Source of the DNA: Eledone cirrhosa
Lineage: Eukaryota
Reading direction: 5' to 3'
DNA: 64,000 bases
Assembly (NCBI GenBank): GCA_964016885.1
Contig: OZ024745.1
Location: forward strand, 74,090,001-74,154,000
Below the pieces are notes generated by a model. The model was given only the letters and a program-made list of their open reading frames with translations, had not been told where the DNA came from and did not search any database. A program made the position numbers and the translations under genes. Shown piece after piece: positions 1 to 13,200 of the stretch. The number at the start of each line of letters is the position of its first letter. Positions within the stretch are counted from its first letter, which is position 1.

Positions 1-2132
1 CTGACTCTGTCTCTTTGGTTGTAGCCAGAGAACTGCATGCGGTTGATGAAGTGTTGGATGTGTCTTTCCTTTTCTGTTGGGTCGCACATGCGGGGCACAT
101 TATTCATCACTGGTACCAAATCTGCGATCAGAATATTAAACTTGGCACTACTGGACATTGCTGATTTTTTGAGTATCAGGTATTTGGAGGCCATGGGTTT
201 AGCATAGTGTGAGTGGAGAATTTGGGCTCTCTCTCGTCTATAGTGTTAATCCAGAGTTCCGTGTCTAATACAGGTAGTCTATTGTTAGGGTGTTTGGAAG
301 GGAAGTCGATAGTTACAGTTATACACTGGTGTATGGAATTAGCTATCTGCTGGATGCTTTCCATTGTGCTACGTTCTAAATCAAACTTGTTAGTGCTCTC
401 TAGTGGGGATGTTCTTATAACTATATTGATATCGTCTACGTAACGAGAGTACATTATGAGGTCTATGGAGCTCTCATTAAGGAGATCTTTAAGTCTCCTT
501 TCCCACCATACCATGAAAAGGTTGGCAACATCACCAGCTATGCTGACGCCAATGGCTGCTCCCTCATTTTGGGTGTAGATCTTCTCGTTGAACGTGAATA
601 TGTGGCCCTTTCGGGTAGTTTTGATACTAGCCCCTATTGCATGTGCGACCATTTTTCTTACCTGATCATTGTTTTGGGGGGTCCGTATAGCTTTGGTCCA
701 CCCAATCCACCTTCCCATGGGAGTCTTTTTTGCCATTGAGGTTATGGTGGAGGGTCTACCTCTTATGGGTCTACTAGGGCAGAAACGTCTAAGGTCATCG
801 CTGTCTAGGTAGTCAGTGTCGTAGGCAAGTCTAAGTAGGAGGCCCAGTTCGTCTGTGTCGACGTCGCAGAACTCCACCTCACTCTCAATGATCATCTCCA
901 CACATTTTTCCACAGCAAAATCAATTTAATGGATGGGTACAGTGATACCACATCCATGCTGCATATTATGCAGTTGGATAGGTTCCTGTTTTTGTTGCAC
1001 TCACTGATTCTGCTGAGGAGGTCCTCTGTACTGTCACATACATCTGGGGATATCTTGATTATGGGGCGTATAACCATTGAGAGGAAGTAGGAGATCCTGT
1101 AGTTGCTACCTATATTAGCTCCGCATACGGGTCTTGTTGGTGGTCCTGTTGTCGGGTCGTCGACTGTCTTGTGGTCTTTGCAGAGCCCATACAAGGGTGG
1201 TATGCCATTGTTAGACGCCTGGAAGTTGTTGGCAGTGCGTCTGCTTGGCTTTAGGATGTCAGTCCACATCATCATGTGAGCGTTGAGGATTTTCTCTCTC
1301 CCATCATGTGTTTGCTGTGCAATTTCGCTCGTGTTTGTGATGTGGGGTTGCATAGCCTTGATGTAGTTCGGCATGCTATCTATTGACATCCTACCAGACT
1401 TATCCGTGGGTAGACATACTACCTCGCCATCCCTTGTGCGCTGCTTGAGGCTAAACAAGCCTTCTACAGGTTTCCTCCCAAGTTGTTGGGCCTCTGGTCT
1501 GCTCTGTATCTTAGTATACTGGTCTACTATTTGTCTAATCTTATTTCTAGCTATGGTGAACTGTGCCTCTGTCTCGTCATCTATTAGTTGTGCTATGCAA
1601 ACTCTTTTATTAAAGGGTAACCTCGTAGGATAGATATTACCCATCTTATATGTTTTGTCAGCTGGGTTGAAAAATAGTTTCTCTAAGGGGTTGTCATTAT
1701 ATCTATCGTCATAGTTGTGTGTGTTGCTATTATTGTTATCATGGTGGTTGTTGTTGTTCCTATCATTAGCATTATTATTATTGTTATGATTGCTAGATGT
1801 ATTGTTGTTTACTTCACCGTTATTGTTGTTGTTACTCTTATTTCTACTATTGTGGTTGTTACTTTTATTATGTTTCTTGTTTTTGTTGTGTCTATCATTA
1901 ATGTTGCTACATGTATTATTTCCATTATTACCACTGTGGTTATTGTTGTTGTTTATCGTATTGTTACCGTTATTACTACTGTGGTCGCTGCTGCTGTGTC
2001 TGTGGTTAATGTTTCTATTATTATTATTATTGTGGTTGTTGTTGTTGTTCTGTCTATTGTTAGTATTATTGCAATTATAACTATTTCTCACTCTCCTGCT
2101 ATTGTTATTGTTATGGCTGTTATTAGTTGTCA
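1..2132 (-). pseudogene. Inverted near-identical duplicate of the PLE RT region, frameshifted, running off the window start
   Basis: Reverse complement matches ~2134-4444 without the SINE. Frameshifts near 925 (1-nt loss after YPSI) and near 230 (extra AG). Confidence 0.92.
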
Positions 2133-2467
2133 GTAACAATAGCAGGAGAGTGAGAAATAGTAATAATGGTAATAATACTAACGATAGACAGAACAACAAC
2201 AACAACCACAATAATAATAATAATAATAGAAACATTAACCACAGACACAGCAGCAGCAACCACAGTAGTAATAACGGTAACAATACGAACAACAACAACA
2301 ATACCACAGTGGTAATAATGGAAATAATACATGTAGCAACATTAATGACAGACACAACAAAAACAAGAAACATAATAAAAGTAACAACCACAATGGTAGA
2401 AATAACAGTAACAACAACAATAACGGTGAAGTAAACAACAATACATCTAGCAATCATAACAATAATA

Positions 2468-2657
2468 ATTGTTACTACTTTAGGCACAAGGCCAGCAATT
2501 ACCCAGTATATTACTGGTACTTTATTTTATCGACCCCGTAAGGATGAAAGGCAAAGTTAACCTCGGCGGGATTTGAACTCAGAATGACAAGGGCCGTAAC
2601 TCAATGCGTCAAAGTATGGCGCCCGACCCTCTCTCGATACTGCCAATCCACCGCCCT
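2468..2657 (-). mobile_element. SINE inserted in the PLE plus-strand copy
   Basis: Reverse complement of the recurrent SINE (ggcggtggattggcagtatcg...gagttcaaatcccgccgagg...gtgcctaaagtag). Absent from the inverted copy and flanked by aataataat. Confidence 0.9.
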
Positions 2658-4679
2658 AAAAATAATAATAATGCTAATGATAGGAACAACAACAACCACC
2701 ATGATAACAATAATGGCAACACACACAACTATGACGATAGATATAATGACAACCCCTCAGAGAAACTATTTTTCAACCCAGCTGACAAAACATATAAGAT
2801 GGGTAATATCTATCCTACGAGGTTACCCTTTAATAAAAGAGTTTGCATAGCACAACTAATAGATGACGAGACAGAGGCACAGTTCACCATAGCTAGAAAT
2901 AAGATTAGACAAATAGTAGACCAGTATACTAAGAGACAGAGCAGACCAGAGGCCCAACAACTTGGGAGGAAACCTGTAGAAGGCTTGGTTAGCCTCAAGC
3001 AGCGCACAAGGGATGGTGAGGTAGTATGTCTACCCACGGATAAGTCTGGTAGGATGTCAATAGATAGCATTCCGAACTACATCAAGGCTATGCAACCCCA
3101 CATCACCAACACGAGCGAAATTGCACAGCAAACACATGATGGGAGAGAGAAAATCCTCAACGCTCACATGATGATGTGGACTGACATCCTAAAGCCAAGC
3201 AGACGCACTGCCAACAACTTCCAGGCGTCTAACAATGGCATACCACCCTTGTATGGGCTCTGCAAAGACCACAAGACAGTCGACGACCCGACAACAGGAC
3301 CACCAACAAGACCCGTATGCGGAGCTAATATAGGTAGCAACTACAGGATCTCCTACTTCCTCTCAATGGTTATACGCCCCATAATCAAGATGTCCCCAGA
3401 TGTATGTGACAGTACAGAGGACCTCCTCAGCAGAATCAGTGAGTGCAACAAAAACAGGAACCTATCCAACTGCATAATATGCAGCATGGATGTGGTATCA
3501 CTGTACCCATCCATTAACATTGATTTTGCTGTGGAAAAATGTGTGGAGATGATCATTGAGAGTGAGGTGGAGTTCTGCGACGTCGACACAGACGAACTGG
3601 GCCTCCTACTTAGACTTGCCTACGACACTGACTACCTAGACAGCGATGACCTTAGACGTTTCTGCCCTAGTAGACCCATAAGAGGTAGACCCCCCACCAT
3701 AACCTCAATGGCAAAAAAGACTCCCATGGGAAGGTGGATTGGGTGGACCAAAGCTATACGGACCCCCCAAAACAATGATCAGGTAAGAAAAATGGTCGCA
3801 CATGCAATAGGGGCTAGTATCAAAACTACCCGAAAGGGCCACATATTCACGTTCAACGAGAAGATCTACACCCAAAATGAGGGAGTAGCCATTGGCGTCA
3901 GCATAGCTGGTGATGTTGCCAACCTTTTCATGGTATGGTGGGAAAGGAGACTTAAAGATCTCCTTAATGAGAGCTCCATAGACCTCATCATGTACTCTCG
4001 TTACGTAGACGATATCAATATAGTTATAAGAACATCCCCACTAGAGAGCACTAACGAGTTTGATTTAGAACGTAGCACGATGGAAAGCATCCAGCAGATA
4101 GCTAATTCCATACACCATAGTATAACTGTAACTATCGACTTCCCTTCCAAACACCCTAACTGTATTAGACTACCTGTATTAGACACAGAACTCTGGATTA
4201 ACACTATAGACGAGAGAGCCCAAATTCTCCACTCACACTATGCTAAACCTATGGCCTCCAAATACCTGATACTCAAAAACTCAGCAATGTCCAGTAGTGC
4301 TAAGTTTAATATTCTGATCGCAGATTTGGTACGAGTGATGAAGAATGTGTCCCGCATGTGCGACCCAACAGAAATGGAAAGACACATCCAACACTTCATC
4401 AACCGCATGCAGTTCTCTGGCTACAACCAAAGAGACAGAGTCAGAGTATACGAAGGAGCCATGGAGAAGTATAAGACCCTCATAGAACTGGACATGAAAG
4501 GAATTTGCCCATTATACAGGAGCAAATCATGGAATAGCTTAGATAGGGCTAGACATAAGATAGGGAAAGCCACCTCATGGTACTACAACCAGAGATACCA
4601 GAGTGTCATGTTTGTGGACGCTACCCCTGGAGGGAAATTAGCTAACCAGTGTAGAAAGGCCCTGAGAAAGACCACTTAA
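2604..4679 (+). CDS. PLE reverse transcriptase ORF (the first ~18 aa come from the inserted SINE)
   Basis: 691-aa ORF with RT motifs and thumb region (YAKPMASKYLILKNSAMS). Confidence 0.9.
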   Translation: MRQSMAPDPLSILPIHRPKNNNNANDRNNNNHHDNNNGNTHNYDDRYNDNPSEKLFFNPADKTYKMGNIYPTRLPFNKRVCIAQLIDDETEAQFTIARNKIRQIVDQYTKRQSRPEAQQLGRKPVEGLVSLKQRTRDGEVVCLPTDKSGRMSIDSIPNYIKAMQPHITNTSEIAQQTHDGREKILNAHMMMWTDILKPSRRTANNFQASNNGIPPLYGLCKDHKTVDDPTTGPPTRPVCGANIGSNYRISYFLSMVIRPIIKMSPDVCDSTEDLLSRISECNKNRNLSNCIICSMDVVSLYPSINIDFAVEKCVEMIIESEVEFCDVDTDELGLLLRLAYDTDYLDSDDLRRFCPSRPIRGRPPTITSMAKKTPMGRWIGWTKAIRTPQNNDQVRKMVAHAIGASIKTTRKGHIFTFNEKIYTQNEGVAIGVSIAGDVANLFMVWWERRLKDLLNESSIDLIMYSRYVDDINIVIRTSPLESTNEFDLERSTMESIQQIANSIHHSITVTIDFPSKHPNCIRLPVLDTELWINTIDERAQILHSHYAKPMASKYLILKNSAMSSSAKFNILIADLVRVMKNVSRMCDPTEMERHIQHFINRMQFSGYNQRDRVRVYEGAMEKYKTLIELDMKGICPLYRSKSWNSLDRARHKIGKATSWYYNQRYQSVMFVDATPGGKLANQCRKALRKTT

Positions 4680-5161
4680 AGATTAAGGTGGTAGAAAAGC
4701 CAGGAACCACCATAAAATCCCTGATCAGCAAAACCTACCCTTTTAAGAAAACCCACTGTACTAATAGGAAATGTATCATATGTAAGGTAAACCCCCGGAT
4801 AAACTGTAAAACTAGAAACGTAGTCTATAGCAAAAGATGTACAGAGGGTACTTGCAGAAACATGACAACAACATACATAGGCGAGACAGCTCGTAGCATA
4901 GGTGAAAGGATAGACCAACACTGGGGGGAACTAAAAGGACAAAAAAACGCGTCAGTACTATACGAACATGCCAGACAACAACACGACAGTAAAATAGACA
5001 ACATAGAAATTAGAATAATATCTAAACATAGAAATGACCCAGCAGATAGGCAAATCAGAGAGGCCAGTGAAATAGAACATAGAAGGTCAAGACTAAACAG
5101 AAAGAATGAATGGAATAACAACAACACCCAAACAAACAACACTGACCTAAGAGAAGTATAA
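4672..5161 (+). CDS. PLE Cys-rich linker + GIY-YIG endonuclease, separated from the RT by a 1-nt frameshift near 4672
   Basis: KTYPFKKTHCTNRKCIIC...NVVYSKRC...C...YIGETARS. The related element at 63007+ reads through the same junction in frame (ALDKHKLNIKIVERPG). Confidence 0.9.
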
Positions 5162-5404
5162 ATAAATAAATAAATAGATAAATAAATAAATAAATACATA
5201 CACAAGGACAATAACAACAAACACATATAAACACACACTAGTCATCCAATCACGAACACACATCAAACAAAACACTATACACACACTCAAACGCATGCGC
5301 AGAGAAGACAAAATAAAATAAACAAACAAACAAATAAATAAATAAATATATAGACAGACTAAATAAAAATGGCGTAGACATACAATGTAACGGGAGGAAA
5401 CAAT

Positions 5405-5460
5405 AGCACCACTGACGATGTTGCAGATGTGCAACGAAAGAACATTGATAAACTATATAT
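5405..5460 (+). ncRNA. Hammerhead-like core in the PLE 3' end (stems I/III unclear)
   Basis: CTGACGA(5412)-t-GTTGCA gatg TGCAAC-GAAA(5436). Confidence 0.5.
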
Positions 5461-5510
5461 GTATTTGTGTCTATATTGTATCTGTATTATTTTTGACCGT
5501 CGGTCAGTCA

Positions 5511-5703
5511 ATGGCAACATTGAGGACCGAATAAATTAGATTACCGATATAAAAGACACAGAAGCGAAAACCAACCAAACAGTGAGTGTGTTCTGTTATT
5601 AATTCTGGCAATATTACACAAATATGACCCTCCCCAAGTATAACAATATTTGTTTCGACACACGATTTCATATAAAAAACCTCGCAAAACTAATTCATCG
5701 CCG

Positions 5704-5705
<2 letters not shown>
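5511..5705 (-). repeat. Dispersed repeat family A (probable PLE terminal segment). Copies at 20385-20528 and 55135-55268; related at 26632-26870, 31592-31765, 49400-49738, 8650-8757
   Basis: Shared tattgttatact(t)ggggagggtcat... motif, usually abutting (TA)n. Confidence 0.7.
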
Positions 5706-5744
<39 letters not shown>

Positions 5745-6051
5745 AATATCCACGGTTAATTGTGGGGTCTAGTCTGCATGAAGAACTCAATGTAATCCAT
5801 ATGTTGAAAATGTTGTAGGTTAAAATAAATCCCGGAAAACAATAAAACATCAAAAGGAAAACAGGGTCATGATATAAGTTAAGACAATGAAATAAAAATT
5901 CAAGTCATTAGAAATATACTTCACTGCTTTACGATCGTTTCTAGGTGATAATAATACATCGTGCGCATATTTCGTTATCGATCTATGTAGGGTTAGTTAC
6001 AAAATATCAGATAAGGAATATATTTAGTAAATTTTTATTTCATTGTTTTAA

Positions 6052-6133
<82 letters not shown>

Positions 6134-6982
6134 TTAAAACAATATATCTATACAATAGCATATACGTATGTATACACTTTCACACTATTGGACAGCGGTT
6201 GACTCTACTGAGTATTTCCGCCCTTTCACGGGTTTTGTTTTTATCCCATCAGGTATCGGAGACCACTGACAGTTTGTACTAGGTTGTATGTTACTAATAG
6301 CGCCCAAAGTGACTTGGCATACATTCATACATATAAGGCGGACGCCAGACTATCTGGCACAGTAGGCAAGGTTAGATTCTGACGCCATTTCCCCGGAAAA
6401 TATCAATTTCAAAATTTATAAACAATAAACTTTAAAAAAATTTTTCAACACCTGATCACAGATCAAAGATACATTTTTTAAAAATTACCCCTCTTCGCTT
6501 AAATGTCCTGACTCCCCCCTTAAAAGCACTAATTGATACTATTTTATTTCTAAAAATTAAGACTAGAATAAACAAATATGTGATTAGACATTAGTGATGA
6601 ACTAACAACATAATGGACAGTTGAACAGACACTCAAATACTGTGGAACTGGAAAATCAGTAATTGTATAGTGTACGTTCGTAAATATGGGATTTCTTGTA
6701 ATGTTCTTCTTTTGTTATATATAATGTTATTTTAATGTAAAATAAAATCATTATTAGATTCTACAGCTGCTGTATCAATATGAATCACTTTAAAATAAAC
6801 ATTTCGCCGGAGATAGATTAACACAATTTAATAAGCGGGTGGTGGTGGTGGGGTGAACAAAACCGGAGGGGAGGGTTCTGACAAATTAAGCGAGGGGTGG
6901 GGACGATTATTAAAGACCTGAGAGCACGTGAACTATTGATGGACGTAAGAGTGACAACTCAATACAGAAGTCGAGTTTAAAT

Positions 6983-7116
6983 ATTCACTTATTATGGCTT
7001 AGCCTTGTTACTCTGGAGTCTCACCTGCTTACTAATCAGACAAGACTGGTGATCCTGTGAGTGCGCAGGTGAAACTTTAGAGTAACGAAGCTCACCAATA
7101 GCCATAATAAATGAAT
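6983..7116. repeat. Imperfect fold-back with a degenerate HHR core
   Basis: Arms attcacttattatggct...gttactctggagtctcacctgc / gcaggtgaaactttagagtaac...agccataataaatgaat. Core CTGGTGA-cctg..cagg-GAAAC tttaga GTA. Confidence 0.55.
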
Positions 7117-8464
7117 GTGTATATATATATATATAAGATGAATAAATTGGGTATAATACCAGTTTTTTTACCAAATGCGAAGAAGCTTGATGTATTAACC
7201 CCTTAGGCAAGGGCACGGAGATTAATTTCTTTTATAAAAACAAGATGTTTTCATCTATATTTATGTACAGTAAACCTGTTTTCAGCAACATATGAGCCCT
7301 GAGCAAGCAGACATACGATTAATTAAAGACATTCCATCCATGGCCGTCCTATATTTTTGTATATATAGCATTACGTGATCTTTTACCTTTGTTTTGTCTA
7401 CAGTAATGGGGTACCATCTGATGAATATTTGGTTTCTATTTCTATCATATAGAACAACTGTTCAGAGAGTCCATTGACTTTCCTAGTTATACAATGACTT
7501 CACAATGGATTTTGGTATCGTTGTCATTTAGCCCCAATTCAGCTGTGATCAAATAGACATGATTAAAATTACTTCAGTCATGACCAAACCGATGTTTTCT
7601 AAAACCAATATCCAATGAGACTTTATTAAAACATTAGGATCTAATTTTAGAGATATTTGGCCACTACTTCTAGCAGGTCGAGTGATCATCATGAGGCTTC
7701 CTTGCGGGATCATCCTACACAAAGATAGATGTGTATAGTGCAGCATGGATTTTATGTCAATTGGATTGTTTCCTCTAATACATAAAAAATAACGCACTAC
7801 TACTCAGCATTTGTAAACTATATTTTACACACAATACAGAAACTAATTAAATACAATGCAAAACATATCAAAAGATATAAAATGAAAATATATCTAATTA
7901 TATGAACATAATATAATATTTACAGTTACATATTGTTTATATAATTAGGGATTATTTGATCATAACCAATTCAAATAGAACAGTGATTATTATTAGAGAT
8001 GAATATTGAAAATTAATTTTCCTTCTAGTACAAGTAATACATTTCCAATTAGTAATGTAATGATATAGATTTACTCATTGCAATATTTTAGTGTCTATTG
8101 TTCTAACATATATCAGTTTGTTACTTTGTGAGATTTCGAGGAGTTGTTTGCATTTTCAAGGATTTTGATAAAGAAAGGAGGTCTTTTAATTAAACCCCTG
8201 CGTGAATAGACAAGATATAATTTCTCATTATGCATTTTACAATTCATAACCAGTCTAACATTAACATTAACAAACAGGGATAATCAGAACAATGATTATA
8301 TACAGAGTAACATGTACTTGCAATTAAGAATGTATTATAAGTGGTAGATTATCCCACAAATGAGTGGAAAACTACTTAACATGTACAATCGAACTACTGG
8401 ATGTACAAGCACAGAACTGCATAAATGTTTACTTATATGCTCTCACATACATAGACAATTCTAC

Positions 8465-8524
<60 letters not shown>

Positions 8525-8889
8525 CACTCACACATATGTATATATACTATGTCGATGATGGCTAAGAGAGAAGCGTACTCAATAACGAATTAAATGTTTG
8601 ATGACCCTTCAATATATTATAAACTTTCAGTTGGTTATTTTGATGAATGGGTGGTTGTTTATTTGTTGATGGTCAAAGCCCTTTCGGCACACATTCTGTG
8701 ACGTCCCCAGTGACTAATTTGTTATTTTGTTTCTTTCCTTCGTTCTGTCCTACACCATTTTGTTTTTGTGAGATGTGTGCTCTGTATTCGGGTTGGTCAT
8801 GTACTCGGGTTGGTTATTGGAATACCGAACTACAGAAGGCATCTCCAATCAGAAACGCTTCAATGAAAACATAAAATATTATATCGAAC

Positions 8890-9122
8890 GTTATGCTATT
8901 TTCTCTTTGCAGATGAATGTGCATTACTTACACATTCCCTACGAGACATGCACTTAATAGTTCAGTTTGCTTCAGTAGCTACAACTTTCGGGCTAACAAT
9001 AAGCATAAAGATGTCTGAATTCATGTTTCAACCAAGGCCAGGAAATAGTCTCGAAATTCTGCCACGGGTTTATGTTAAAGGTAAAATTCTGAGGATAGTC
9101 AGTAGTTTTACATACCTTGGTT
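8890..9122 (+). mobile_element. RTE-clade LINE RT fragment
   Basis: LFADECAL followed by FASVATTFGLTISIKMSEFMFQPRP...VSSFTYLG (RTE/BovB-like). Confidence 0.8.
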
Positions 9123-9239
9123 TACCGTAACTAGTGGTACATAGGATAGGCAAGTTAAGCTATTGGTAACCTTAAGGTAAACTATGGAAAACTGAAGATA
9201 AGTCAATTAAAACAAAGGATTTCGACTGAACACTCCACC

Positions 9240-9336
<97 letters not shown>

Positions 9337-9522
9337 ACGAAGTAAGTGTGGTAAGGACCTAGGAGGACCATAAGGCACCAGAGTACTCCATACTTAGGGT
9401 AGTAGAGTGGGTAATAGGAAAAGAGTCTGGACCGCGATGGTTGAGCTCCGGCCGTTTCGACAGCTAGTTCAGATCTAGCTGTCGAAACGGCCGGAGCTCA
9501 CCCATCTGGGTCCTTTTCCTAT
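9337..9522. repeat. Fold-back family B (GC-rich hairpin + tail). Copies at 20652-20821, 37770-37926 and a fragment at 35752-35810
   Basis: gagctccggccgtttcgacagctag / ctagctgtcgaaacggccggagctc hairpin. Shared tail gcaccagagtactc.atacttagggtagtagagtgggtaatagg. Flanked by (TA)n. Confidence 0.85.
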
Positions 9523-9581
9523 ATATATATATATATCACAGTAAAAAAAAGAATCAGTGTTGCGACGAAAGGAATTTATTG

Positions 9582-9676
9582 GACATATTACAATTGTTTC
9601 TCGGGCGACCAGCTCGAGGCACGATCGATGTGGTGATCAAACCTGACTCTGAAATCGCGCGCTCCTCGGATACGTC
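9582..9676 (-). ncRNA. Candidate type I HHR with CCGAGGA core
   Basis: gacgtat-CCGAGGA-long stem II-GAAAC aatt GTA-atatgtc, then AATAAA. Confidence 0.6.
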
Positions 9677-9789
9677 TCGATTCTACGAAGCAGATTTTCC
9701 TATTCTGTGATATCATACTCTGCTCTACGATGGCATCGAGTGCTCATACGGCCTACCGCATACGGACGCTTTAAGCATCCAACAACAAT

Positions 9790-9824
<35 letters not shown>

Positions 9825-9828
9825 ACGC

Positions 9829-9875
<47 letters not shown>

Positions 9876-10024
9876 TGCAAACAATAGTCTGCGATGTTTA
9901 CAGTTACTCCTCTCCTTATTTTACAACTCTGTTGTGTCCACCTCCGTGTTTCTTTAGGCATAGTCGACCTCTAAAAAAATTAGCCAATGTTAACATGTTG
10001 TGGAAAAGATTATAGCAGATTAAG

Positions 10025-10215
10025 CGGCATTGATTGGCAGTATCGGTAAAGGGTTGGACGCCATGCTTTCCAGCTTAGAGTTACGTCCCTTTATGATCTG
10101 AGTTCAAATCTCGCTGAGGTTAACTTTGCCTTTCATCCTTACGAGGTCGATAAAATAAAGTACCAGTAATGCACTGGGATAATTTCTAGCCTTGTGCCAA
10201 AAGTAGAAACAATTA
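10025..10215 (+). mobile_element. SINE (major family)
   Basis: Full-length match to the recurrent SINE with B-box-like gagttcaaatc. Confidence 0.85.
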
Positions 10216-10445
10216 TAGAGATTCTCCCGCTGACTAGCAATGAAAAATAATGATAGTTTTGTTCATGTACTGCATCGTTTGGTTCATGGACTGAGGAAAT
10301 CACTTTTGTATGCTGATTAATAATGTCTTAAACGCTGACAAATAATTTTTTCTGAAAAATGATTATTTGGTATTATTGGTTTCTTCGGTGTCTGAAATTG
10401 TAGAGACAGCGATTAAGATATATTGCCATTATTTTACAGACACTA

Positions 10446-10667
10446 GGCCGGTGGATTGATAGTATCAATAGAGCGTCAGACACCATACTTTTCAGCATAG
10501 AGTTATGTCCCTTTACGTTCTGAGTTCAAACCCCACCGATATTAGCTTTGTCTTTCATCCTTACGGGGGTCAATAAAATAAAGTACCAGTAATGGACTGG
10601 AGTCAATTTAATTGACTTTCCCCCTCCCAAAAATTGTTGGCCTATTGCCTAAATCAGAAACCATTAT
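10446..10667 (+). mobile_element. SINE (longer variant)
   Basis: Same family with an extra 3' segment (gagtcaatttaattgactttcccctccc). Confidence 0.8.
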
Positions 10668-10926
10668 TTTACAGACATTGAAAGCTACATTTTCAGTATC
10701 TCTTCCTAACAGCAGTAGTACATATTACGCTGTCATGTTCATTGAAAAGGTGTCGTGTTGATAAGTCCACAATATAATATTATAGTATAACCATTTAGTA
10801 AGATATATAGTTTTCAGACAGGATGACAGCAGAGGAACATGTTGTCCTCTATAATAATAATTCTATAAATTGACATGAATTTATTTCATATATATATATT
10901 TGTTATGTATATATATATATATGTAC

Positions 10927-11018
<92 letters not shown>

Positions 11019-13019
11019 TGTGTATTAAAAATGAAGGAAGAAAAATTCCTATGTCGACAGCATTACTGATATAGCTTTCAACATCTTCGACATTCGTATT
11101 GACGAAGATGAAGAAGAAAAGAATTGATGGGGAGAGGCTTATCATATATTTTCTTACTGTGGTGGTGTTGGGGTATGTTTGCTTATTCTTGACTTTCAAC
11201 AAGCTATGAACACCGTTTAATAGGCAGTGTTATCGATTGACTTTTGCAACATGTCATGTAAAGGTGAAAGACGGCAAAGCAATTAAGAAAGAAATAATAC
11301 GAGAAAAGTTCTAAACAGTAAGAACAAAAGTAAAGAAAGGAATAACAGAACTTAAGTGATGATATTAAGACTTTAATCTTCTTTCAGGGTAAGCTATCTA
11401 GCCTCCATTATTTCTTATTTTTGTTCTTTCTTTGTTATTTTCTTTACCAAACGTTTCAATTTCGAAAGTAACCAAAGAACAGATCACCACTTAATAGAAT
11501 AAGCTGTCAAATGGCTGCAATAATCAATAATGCTACTTTCACACGTAAATTCCTTTCACTGGCTTTGCACAAGTAAAACTAGTAAAATATCTTTTTGAGC
11601 CCGCTTCCCCATAATTTTGTTTTCTCTTATAGATTGGCACCAATAATTTCTCACTCTTTCTACTATTCTTAATATATTTATCGATTTATTCATTTTTTCA
11701 CCTTATTGGTTACTTTGTTTTACGACCGTTCAAATAAAGCAATGCTGTTTATTAAATATGATTTTAATACTAAGTAACGTAGAATTTATATCTAGAAACA
11801 AAAACTTTCGTTGTAAATATATAATACACATAGAACCATAGTAATAAATATAAAGGTAATTATATGAAGAACTAGTAAAATATATATTTAAAACCAATCA
11901 TGTGAATGCATGCATGGATTTAGTTTGCAAATTTCATTAAAATTTACACTCTATGTATATATGTTTGTATGTATGTATGTTTGTATGTACGCATGTATGT
12001 ATATATATGTATGCAGGTATGTACGTATGTGTGCATGTATGTATGTATGTTTCTCTTGATTTTCAGTATATTTTTGACAGGTCACTTTCAGATAGCAATG
12101 TAAAAAAAAAAAATCATTTTTCCTTTGAATCTTAAGAATGTTTAACAGATTTTAAAGGTTCCAGATATCGTGGCCATTTATAGTTTATTAAATTAAGGAG
12201 GTGCATTCTTTCTCCTACAATCCAAGTTCATGTGAGTTGGTATATATCGTGAGTTGGTAGATATCTATAGCTCCAATAATAGTGGGTATGAAACTAAAAG
12301 TATATTTTGAGTGGTGCGTCTGTAATTTCCCACTCAATGACACGTAAATATTCTCCTTCACTTGATTGTTCTCCTTACATTGATATCGTGTGGGCAATTG
12401 GCCTCTACACGGTTATAATCGATGGCCCTAAACAGCAACAACATCAATGTTTCAATTTTGTCGCCATTTTGCTTTTAGTTTCCACCAATATACTTTTGAG
12501 CTATCAGTCTCAATATATTCATCTCTATTTGTTGTTATGTTTGCATTCCAGATTGTTCTAGCAACTACATCATATCTTATGGGGAGGTAGTAACGAGGAG
12601 ATAGTCTTTCACAGGTATATTGCAAGGCTTACATTTATCATCGGTTGATAACTTTCCTTTTTTGTGCAATGCGTACTTACTGGGTTTTTCTTATTCTTGG
12701 ATTACATAGAGGTTTCCTTCAACGTGAGGTGTTACGAATTTGTCGAAACTCCATATCAAACTTTGTTTTAAGTGAGACATCAATCATAATCTTTCTAGAG
12801 ATGCTGGGATAATTTTCCGAAAGAACTACTGGCCAATACAATAAGGGATTTTACTATCAATTTGAAGTTACCGTAGAGTCAATGAGAGAAAATGAAAGAC
12901 TTTTGATTGGGTTATGACTGTGATGAAATTTGTCTAGGCTGAAAAATAAGTTAATTTTTGTGGGGCTAATTGTAAAAAGAAACACCTTGCTTGCCTTGTA
13001 GAATCTATTTACAGGATTT

Positions 13020-13200
13020 TGCATATCTTACGATAAATAACCAATGGTGCAGCACAATCATCTACAAACAGTAGCCCATTTATCGATGGTTCAAAACTAG
13101 TTTTATTCTTTGCATTATATCTTTGTGTATTGAATAAATTAGAGTTTGAACGAAGCTGGACATTTACACAACCAACACAGTCATCAAAGTACGCATGCAT
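13020..13200 (-). mobile_element. RTE-clade LINE RT fragment
   Basis: AYFDDCVGCVNVQLRSNSNLFNTQRYNAKNKT...GLLFVDDCA. Confidence 0.75.

Larger units (their letters stand above)
2132..5500 (+). mobile_element. Penelope-like retroelement (RT + C-terminal GIY-YIG), 5'-truncated, interrupted by a SINE
   Basis: Asn-rich N-terminus, RT motifs (SMDVVSLYPSI; YTQNEGVAIGVSIAGDVANLFMVWW; YSRYVDD), Cys-rich linker CTNRKCIIC, GIY-YIG NVVY...YIGETARSIGERIDQH...RQIRE...LN. A/C-rich 3' UTR ending in an HHR-like core. The GxxIG..M.WW motif suggests a Nematis-like clade (from memory). Confidence 0.93.

Noticed and set aside
2133-2487. Hydrophobic 'transmembrane' N-terminus of the 531-aa minus ORF
   Set aside because: Antisense reading of the Asn-rich opposite arm of the palindrome, starting inside a SINE.
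4665-4690. Programmed frameshift between RT and GIY-YIG
   Set aside because: No slippery heptamer, and the related element at ~63840 is in frame, so this is a simple indel.
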